Origin: a virus
Length of the DNA: 64,000 nucleotides
Virus record (IMG/VR): IMGVR_UViG_3300042197_004918
Span: 96,001 to 160,000 of that record
Reading direction: 5' to 3' (one strand)
Position numbers and translations under genes: made by a program. Below are positions 57,450 through 64,000 of this stretch, in pieces. Below the pieces are notes generated by a model that was not told where the DNA came from, made no database searches, and saw nothing but the letters and a program-made list of their open reading frames with translations. Each line of letters begins with the position of its first letter. Positions within the stretch are counted from its first letter, which is position 1.

Positions 57450-58880
57450 ATGTTAATGAAAGATTTATTGTTGGAAGGTATAAAGGAAACCGCTGCGTTG
57501 GATTATCTGACGCAGTTGGTTAAATCTGGCCCATTTAAGGGCAGGGTGTTCCTCGCGGGCGGAGCTGTCCGAGACATGGAACTCGGCAAAGACCCAAAGG
57601 ATTTAGATGTAGTTGTCACCGGAGGAATTGAAGCTGGGATGGAGTTTGCACGATGGGCGACTCGTCAGATGGGGAACTATAAAACGGATTCAAATCCCGT
57701 CGTCTTTCCACAATACGGAACCGCGAAGTTCACTTTACAGGGAATTACCCACAACGGAATTGATTTGAGTGATATAGACATCGAAGCTGTTGCTACCAGA
57801 AAAGAAAAATACTCTGATGGCAGTCGTAAACCGGAGGTGACTTCTGGCGACTTGGCCGATGACGTAAATCGTAGAGATTTCACGGTCAACAGTCTATTGA
57901 AAGACTTGACCACGGGTGAAATTCTGGATTTGACCGGCAAGGGTAAAGACGACATCCGTAAGGGTATAGTTCAGACTCCCCTTAATCCAGACATAATCTT
58001 CACGGAAGACCCGCTTAGGATTTTGAGGGCCGCTAGATTTGCTATCAAATACGATTGGGATTTGCCATTGTTCATGGTGAGGGCCATGAAACGCAATTCC
58101 GCGAAGCTGAAAAACATCAGTTTTGAAAGAATCAGAGACGAACTTGATAAGATGTTGCTGACCGGTTCTCCACACCGAGCCATCAAACTTTTGAAAATTA
58201 CAGGTGTCTTGGAATACGTTGTTCCTGAATTTAAGGCAGCCTACAAGATGACCCAAAACATACACCATAAGCACGACGTGTTTGCACATTCTATGGATGT
58301 ATTAAGTAAAACCAAGCCTGTTCTTGTTCAACGGTTGATGGGACTTTTCCACGACATCGGTAAAACGGTGACTCGTAGCGTAACTCCTACGGGTGTTCAT
58401 TTCTATGGCCACGAATACGAGGGTGCCAAGATGGTTGCTGAGATAATGAAGAGGATGAAATACCCAAATGAGCTTATTAAGCAAGTTGTCCTTGGAGTCA
58501 ACAGCCACATGAGGCTCAAATCTGGTGGACCGGATTCCTTTAAGTTAAGCGATAAGGCTTTGAGAAAGTTCAAGGTTGAGATGGGTGACGAAATAGAGAA
58601 CATTTTGGATGTTATCCACGCCGACAATATCAGTCACAGTGAGGCATCTAGTATGCCGGCTCAAATAGATAATATCAGAGAAAGGTTGTCTAACCTGTCA
58701 ATCACAGCTGAGAAGCCAAAACTTCCGATAACCGGTGAGGATTTAAAACTAGCAGGAATTAAGCCAGGACCAATTTACTCTGAAATAATGAGTGCGGTCT
58801 TGGAGAAGTGGTATGAGAATCCGTCTATATCCAAAGAGGAGGCTTTGAACATCGCTAGAGAACTTTCCAAGAAAGTTTAA
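57450..58880 (+). CDS. cca: CCA-adding tRNA nucleotidyltransferase with HD domain
   Basis: AGGAVRD, KDLD, RRDFTVN, EDPLRILR, ERIRDEL, FHDIGK. Confidence 0.92.
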   Translation: MLMKDLLLEGIKETAALDYLTQLVKSGPFKGRVFLAGGAVRDMELGKDPKDLDVVVTGGIEAGMEFARWATRQMGNYKTDSNPVVFPQYGTAKFTLQGITHNGIDLSDIDIEAVATRKEKYSDGSRKPEVTSGDLADDVNRRDFTVNSLLKDLTTGEILDLTGKGKDDIRKGIVQTPLNPDIIFTEDPLRILRAARFAIKYDWDLPLFMVRAMKRNSAKLKNISFERIRDELDKMLLTGSPHRAIKLLKITGVLEYVVPEFKAAYKMTQNIHHKHDVFAHSMDVLSKTKPVLVQRLMGLFHDIGKTVTRSVTPTGVHFYGHEYEGAKMVAEIMKRMKYPNELIKQVVLGVNSHMRLKSGGPDSFKLSDKALRKFKVEMGDEIENILDVIHADNISHSEASSMPAQIDNIRERLSNLSITAEKPKLPITGEDLKLAGIKPGPIYSEIMSAVLEKWYENPSISKEEALNIARELSKKV

Positions 58881-59030
58881 TAGTGAATGTCTGGAGTATC
58901 TGATGGTTTGGGTGAAGACGACTTGGATTCAAAATACATCCAAAGTATTCCTACGGAGTATATGATTCCGAAGAATACAGTCAATCCCATACACACGGAT
59001 AACATAGCTAAAAGTCTTAGAGCGTTCATT

Positions 59031-59246
59031 TTAAGGTTCTTCGTTTAACTCCTTCAACTCTTCTTCTGTAAGAGTGGATTCTAACGCACGACGTTTGTTA
59101 ACCAGTCGCCGATGTTCCATTTTCAGGCACAGCAATTTGATTTCAAGGTAGATTCCATAAAGAAACATTGAAAGTCCAGACACGGCAATACAGAGGATTA
59201 TTGCCCATAGCATCCAACCAAACCAGTATGCGGATGGTAAATTCAT
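59031..59246 (-). CDS. small membrane protein
   Basis: One TM helix. Confidence 0.5.
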   Translation of the reverse strand: MNLPSAYWFGWMLWAIILCIAVSGLSMFLYGIYLEIKLLCLKMEHRRLVNKRRALESTLTEEELKELNEEP

Positions 59247-59458
59247 TTCGGATTTTCAGCAGGGCTGATAATCTCCACTCGCATCTTTTTCTTTTCAATG
59301 AAGGCTTCGTCAATAAGGTATTGGACTAGGCTATCGGCGGTGGATTTGAAATCGTAAAAAGGGACATTGGCGTTATTGTATATCTCCAGCTTGTCTTCGT
59401 GAATGTTGATTCTGTGACCGAACAATACAATTTCCTCTACGGTTTTTTCTTTTTTCAT
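59243..59458 (-). CDS. hypothetical protein
   Basis: YL.DEAFI motif. Confidence 0.55.
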   Translation of the reverse strand: MKKEKTVEEIVLFGHRINIHEDKLEIYNNANVPFYDFKSTADSLVQYLIDEAFIEKKKMRVEIISPAENPK

Positions 59459-59580
59459 AAGATTCTATGAGTATAAGATGTTCCTCTGATTAGTCAAGTC
59501 GATTCGACTACTGCAATAAATATTGACTCACATATCGAATACATTGACAATACGGATATTTCTTTGTAAGCTTTATCAAA

Positions 59581-59928
59581 ATGAGATTAGCAATAATAGG
59601 TTCACGCAGTTTTACAAATATTGATTTGGCCGAACAGGTTTTTGTTTCATTTTTCCCAAAAGGAAAAGTTTCTTTAATTGTTTCCGGTGGCGCCAAAGGT
59701 GCGGATTTGATTGGAAGAGAAATTTCCAAAAGACATTCAATCGAACTTCTTGAGTTTATACCAGATTGGGAAAATTTAGGAAAGTCCGCCGGATTTATAA
59801 GAAATCGGCAAATAGTAGAATCATCCGACATGGTGCTTGCGTTCCACGATGGAATCAGCCGAGGAACACAAAACTCTCTGGACGTTTCCAGACAATTAAA
59901 GAAACCATCATTAATTTGGTTTTTCTAG
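59581..59928 (+). CDS. SLOG/DUF2493 (YspA-like) protein
   Basis: IIGSR, VSGGAKGAD, AGFIRN, SRGT. Confidence 0.85.
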   Translation: MRLAIIGSRSFTNIDLAEQVFVSFFPKGKVSLIVSGGAKGADLIGREISKRHSIELLEFIPDWENLGKSAGFIRNRQIVESSDMVLAFHDGISRGTQNSLDVSRQLKKPSLIWFF

Positions 59929-59963
59929 GTTGACTTTTTTTCCGTCGGTGTTAATATCATTCT

Positions 59964-60539
59964 GTGAGTAAGAAATTTTATTCGTGGATGAAGAATGGGT
60001 CGAACGTGAGGAAGGTTAAATCTCTTTACACGTTGAGGCCATACCACAATTGGAAACATATTGAGAAGTGCCTCTCGTTTTTCGATAAACGATTGCAACC
60101 TCATGCGACCGATGAATTGTTGTTTGCTGTAGTTTATCACGACGCGATATACAATCCAGGATCGAATACCAATGAGGAGGATAGCGTGTCACTGGCAAAA
60201 TTGGACCTGTCTGGTCTTGAGTTAAATCTGAACAAAATCTCAGACCTCATTATTTCAACTAAGCACCGCTATCATACATCTTTCGCTGATGACGATGAGA
60301 CACAGTGTATGCTTGATGTAGATTTGTCCATACTGGGTTCTCCGAGAGACGAGTATATCGAATACGCTCAGTCAATACGTGAGGAGTATTTGTTTGTAAA
60401 TTATCCCACGTTCTCAAAGGCGAGAATAGATTTCTTACAAAAGATGCTTTCGAGAAAAGTGATTTTCAACAAACTCACGGAATTGGAATCCGTAGCGAGA
60501 ACAAACTTATATGATGAAATCGTGCATCTATCCCGGTAG
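59964..60539 (+). CDS. HD-superfamily phosphohydrolase
   Basis: RPYHNWKH, YHDAIY, NEEDS, DVDLSILG, IREEY. Confidence 0.85.
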   Translation: MSKKFYSWMKNGSNVRKVKSLYTLRPYHNWKHIEKCLSFFDKRLQPHATDELLFAVVYHDAIYNPGSNTNEEDSVSLAKLDLSGLELNLNKISDLIISTKHRYHTSFADDDETQCMLDVDLSILGSPRDEYIEYAQSIREEYLFVNYPTFSKARIDFLQKMLSRKVIFNKLTELESVARTNLYDEIVHLSR

Positions 60540-61638
60540 TTTTGACCCACTCACTCTAGGACACCTTGACATAATCTCTCGTGCAGCCAATATGTTCGAG
60601 ACTGTTTATGTTGCAGTGGGCATCAATAAATCAAAAACGGGAGCATTTACCGTAGATGAAAGAACGTCTCTCATAACCGAGGCCACCAAACGAATTCCGA
60701 ACGTCAAAGTGGTTCAATTCAGTGGATTATTGGCAGATTATTGTTATGAATTGGGTTGCAAAGTTGTGATAAAGGGAGTCCGAAATTTTCAAGACTTTGA
60801 CTATGAACGGTTGTTGAATGATGTCGGGCATACACAACAACGGGGAATCGAAACGATTACACTTTTCGCTAAGACAGAACTATCCCATGTCAGTTCTTCC
60901 GCTGTGAAGGAGTTGGTTAAATACAATGGGTTGATAGATGGATACGTCTCACTTAATGTAAAAGAAGCACTTGAGGCCCGTTGTATGAGTCAGTATGTGC
61001 TGGGTGTCACAGGAGAAATAGGGATGGGGAAATCCTTCTTTTCTAAAAAAATGGTGGAGATTGGAAATACGTCGTTTCATTCCATGACCAAAGAAATCGA
61101 CCTGGATAAGATAGGCCACGATATTCTTCACGTTAGAACCGAACCGGTTTATCTTGAACTCCGAGAAAACATCATTAAAGAGTTTTCCCTCGGCGGCGAC
61201 GTTATTGACCGAAAACTCTTAGGTTCAATCGTGTTCAACGATTCGTCTGCGCTTGATAAATTGAATGCTATGATGAGGATTCCAATGTTGACCCGTATAA
61301 GGAAAGAAATGGGCACATGGAAAGGATTGTTAATTTTAAATGGTGCTTTATTGGTCGAATCCAACCTGTTGTCCCTCTGTAATAACAATGTGGTCTTGGT
61401 ATCTTCCAGTGAAGAAAATCAATTGAAGGTATTGAAGAACAGAGGGATGTCGGACGAACAGATTTCACGGAGAATTCGGAGTCAGCTCACCAATTCTAAG
61501 AAACTGGAGAAGATTAAGGAGTCGATAAACATTTCCGGCCACGGTGAGGTTGTGGTGATAACGGATATTTACGACAATGACTCGGTTTCCAATGTAATTA
61601 ATCACATTTCCACGAACGCGCTCAGGAAAATCCCTTGA
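60511..61638 (+). CDS. coaD: fused phosphopantetheine adenylyltransferase + dephospho-CoA kinase (CoaD-CoaE)
   Basis: YPGSFDPLTLGHLDII, SSSAVKE; then GVTGEIGMGKS, DKIGH, IDRKLLGSIVF, RI..Q. Confidence 0.88.
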   Translation: MMKSCIYPGSFDPLTLGHLDIISRAANMFETVYVAVGINKSKTGAFTVDERTSLITEATKRIPNVKVVQFSGLLADYCYELGCKVVIKGVRNFQDFDYERLLNDVGHTQQRGIETITLFAKTELSHVSSSAVKELVKYNGLIDGYVSLNVKEALEARCMSQYVLGVTGEIGMGKSFFSKKMVEIGNTSFHSMTKEIDLDKIGHDILHVRTEPVYLELRENIIKEFSLGGDVIDRKLLGSIVFNDSSALDKLNAMMRIPMLTRIRKEMGTWKGLLILNGALLVESNLLSLCNNNVVLVSSSEENQLKVLKNRGMSDEQISRRIRSQLTNSKKLEKIKESINISGHGEVVVITDIYDNDSVSNVINHISTNALRKIP

Positions 61639-61668
61639 CAATCGGAGTAAGATGTATAGAATGTATGT

Positions 61669-62226
61669 ATGTCTAAAACAGTTATTACATTCCTATCCAT
61701 CGGAGCAGTTTTGCTCGTCACCGCAATCGTGTTGGTTCTGAGCGGCGTCTCAATCTACAACGACGCAGCATCAGTAAAGAACACCTATGAAATGAAGGTT
61801 AAGTCGAACGAAGCAGAGTTCGATAATATGTGGAAAAAGATTCAGCAAGTCGCTCAAGTCCCTGACGCACAGAAGGAAGCATTCAAGGAAGTCTATTCCT
61901 CTTACGCAAGTTCACGGACGTCTCCGAATCAAGGTCAGATGATGGCGTGGATAAAGGAATCCGTTCCAAATTACAACGGAGAGATTTATACACAATTGAT
62001 GAATGTTATCACGGGGTCAAGAGACGGATGGACCATGAGACAGAACGAACTTGTGGACGTGGCCCGGCAGTATAACGCCAATCTTGTGGTTTTCCCAAAG
62101 AACATCTTATTGAAAATGTTTGGCTTTGAGAAGATTGAACCAAAGGTAATCACGTCTTCAAAGACAGAACAATCGTTCAAGACCGGTAAGGACGACGACG
62201 TGGAACTCTTTAACAAGAAGAAGTAA
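61669..62226 (+). CDS. LemA-like membrane-anchored helical protein
   Basis: N-terminal TM, YN..L..FP.NIL.KMFGF. Confidence 0.6.
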   Translation: MSKTVITFLSIGAVLLVTAIVLVLSGVSIYNDAASVKNTYEMKVKSNEAEFDNMWKKIQQVAQVPDAQKEAFKEVYSSYASSRTSPNQGQMMAWIKESVPNYNGEIYTQLMNVITGSRDGWTMRQNELVDVARQYNANLVVFPKNILLKMFGFEKIEPKVITSSKTEQSFKTGKDDDVELFNKKK

Positions 62227-62260
62227 ACTAAACTAACTAAACTAAACTAACTAAACTAAA
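62224..62260 (+). repeat. short tandem repeat (TAAACTAAACTAAC) x ~2.6
   Basis: Fills the whole intergenic gap. Confidence 0.85.
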
Positions 62261-62709
62261 TGAATATCATCAACTTTATCAGAGGCATGGATACCGAGTC
62301 TCGTGTATTGTCAGTCACCGTTGCTGTGTTTTTGTTTTGGGTGCTGTGTCTCAACCACACGGAACCATTTAACGTCGCCGTGACATATAATTCTCTCAAT
62401 GGAAATATCGGATTTCAAACAAACGGTGGGTGGCATCTAACGTCTCCGTTTGTCAGAACATCAGAAATTCCATGCCGTCCAGGCCGAGTTTCTCTAAACT
62501 CTCATCGACCTGGGTCATCCGTAATAGACGACAAGATTGTTAAATTCATCTTAACTCCCGATGCGTTGACCGAGTTTGTGAAACTGGAGGGGTTTAGATA
62601 CTCCTACACGCATAACTCACTCACGGCTTACGCGTTTTCTGGAAAGAAGTTTCCGTTCTTTGAGATAGTGGATGAATACAAGTCATCGGAAAAAACTCCT
62701 AAACAGTAA
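62260..62709 (+). CDS. SPFH/band-7-like N-terminal domain protein
   Basis: TM helix, then VAVTYN..G..GWHLTSPF. Confidence 0.5.
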   Translation: MNIINFIRGMDTESRVLSVTVAVFLFWVLCLNHTEPFNVAVTYNSLNGNIGFQTNGGWHLTSPFVRTSEIPCRPGRVSLNSHRPGSSVIDDKIVKFILTPDALTEFVKLEGFRYSYTHNSLTAYAFSGKKFPFFEIVDEYKSSEKTPKQ

Positions 62710-62714
62710 TCCTC

Positions 62715-63899
62715 ATGTATCTGTTTTACATATTTTCGCTCATCCCTCTCATAATTGGATTAGTGTTCTGGCTCCGGTCAGATAAAATAATCTGGCAAGA
62801 GTGGGTAGGTGCATCGGTTCTCGCATTCGCAATCTCTGGTGTGACACACCTAGTTGCTGCAAAAGGAATGACCGATGACAGAGAGACGTGGAGCGGACAG
62901 GTTTCTGCTGTTCAATATATTCCTCGTTGGAAAGAGTATTACGAAGAAGCGATATACAGAACAGAATATTATTCCGAAAACGAAACCAGAACTAGAACGG
63001 TTGGTTCGGGAAAAAATTCAAGAACGGAAACCTACACCGTCAGCGTCCAAAAAAGTCGGAGAGTGTTCGACCACTGGGAATCCCGGCGTAGGTGGCATGA
63101 AGCTAAGTGGCACTGTGAAACCGACTTAAATCAATCATTTTCTATCTCGGAGGGAGATTACAATAGAATCGTGTCGAGGTTCGGGAAGACTGAACCGAAG
63201 CCGGGCAGAAGGAGAACGGGTGAACATGCATCCCGTATGTTGGAAGGCGACCCGAATGACCATTGGAGTGTCAACGTAAATCGTTGGTGTGAACCCGTCA
63301 CTGACAGCAGAACATTTGAAAATCGAATCAAAGCGGCTCCAAGCGTATTCTCCTTTGTCAAGGTTCCAACTAACATAAACGTGTTCCCATACCCAAACAA
63401 CAAGGATGTTTTTCATTCCGACCGACTATTGGGCGAAGCGAGAAAGATTGACTGGCTGAAGTTCGACCAACTCAATAGTTTCCTGGGTGCTAGAAAAAAG
63501 GTAAACCTGATAATGGTTGGATTTAAGGATGCGGATTCAATGATAGCTGAATATCAGAAAGCTGCGTGGATTGGTGGGAAGAAGAACGACATAGTTCTAA
63601 TGTATAATTTGAACTCCGGGTCTACTAAACCATCTTGGACAAGAGTGTTCGGTTGGAGTGAGTCGGAACTGTGTAAGCGAAACTTGGAGACAATTCTTCT
63701 TTCTAATCCAATTGATGACACAATCCTTGAACGTATTAACAAAGAGGTGAGCACCAACTACACCATCAAGGATTGGTCCAAATTTGATTATTTGACCATC
63801 GAACCGAGAACGTCTCACTTTGTTTGGTTCTTCGCGATTCTCATCTTGACTCAGACGGGGTTGTATGTATACTTCCATCGTAACGAATTCTCAAAATGA
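62715..63899 (+). CDS. conserved phage membrane protein
   Basis: N- and C-terminal TMs, D.ETWSG, WIGGKKND, FDYL. Confidence 0.7.
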   Translation: MYLFYIFSLIPLIIGLVFWLRSDKIIWQEWVGASVLAFAISGVTHLVAAKGMTDDRETWSGQVSAVQYIPRWKEYYEEAIYRTEYYSENETRTRTVGSGKNSRTETYTVSVQKSRRVFDHWESRRRWHEAKWHCETDLNQSFSISEGDYNRIVSRFGKTEPKPGRRRTGEHASRMLEGDPNDHWSVNVNRWCEPVTDSRTFENRIKAAPSVFSFVKVPTNINVFPYPNNKDVFHSDRLLGEARKIDWLKFDQLNSFLGARKKVNLIMVGFKDADSMIAEYQKAAWIGGKKNDIVLMYNLNSGSTKPSWTRVFGWSESELCKRNLETILLSNPIDDTILERINKEVSTNYTIKDWSKFDYLTIEPRTSHFVWFFAILILTQTGLYVYFHRNEFSK

Positions 63900-64000
63900 G
63901 AGTAGTCCTAAGAAAAAACAAAAAGATAGACGGTGTGGACTACATCAAGCATGAAGAGTTTATACTCAAGGGGTTTCACTGGACGGATGTGGTTGGAAGC

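Noticed and set aside
1-64000. Genome-wide TAG recoding (code 15)
   Set aside because: Long conserved genes are intact in code 11 and several end at TAG at expected C-termini; only one convincing internal TAG was found.

Overview
A 64-kb piece of a very large (jumbo/huge) lytic phage genome. The host is probably a PVC bacterium (Verrucomicrobia/Planctomycetes), judging by a DUF1549/DUF1553 + DUF1501 gene pair. Standard genetic code, dense small ORFs, strand switch at ~21.7 kb. Left arm (minus strand): membrane and nucleotide-metabolism genes (thyA, folA, dCMP deaminase, truncated class II aaRS + MazG-like, ExbB/ExbD-like). Centre (28.4-40.6 kb): an RNA island of ~25 tRNA or tRNA-like genes interleaved with a reduced RNase P RNA, a probable GOLLD RNA, many unexplained stem-closed ncRNAs, antisense homing endonucleases and stand-alone aaRS tRNA-binding domains. 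Right arm: NAD+ rebuilding genes (NMNAT-Nudix, NAMPT, Prs), RNA repair/modification genes (RlmN-like, RNA ligase, Pth2, CCA-adding enzyme), probable capsid-targeted polyproteins with ADP-ribosyltransferase domains, and a CoaD-CoaE fusion. Top candidates for undescribed biology: (1) a classical leader-peptide attenuator directly upstream of the tRNA array, whose 28 codons sample almost only amino acids the array supplies, suggesting a sensor of tRNA depletion that switches on phage tRNAs; (2) two ncRNAs that rebuild the 23S rRNA L11-binding/GTPase-associated centre (H43/H44) around different ~180-200-nt inserts; (3) an amber-suppressor tRNA overlapping a gene with an in-frame TAG at codon 6. 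All calls were made by eye; no searches were run.
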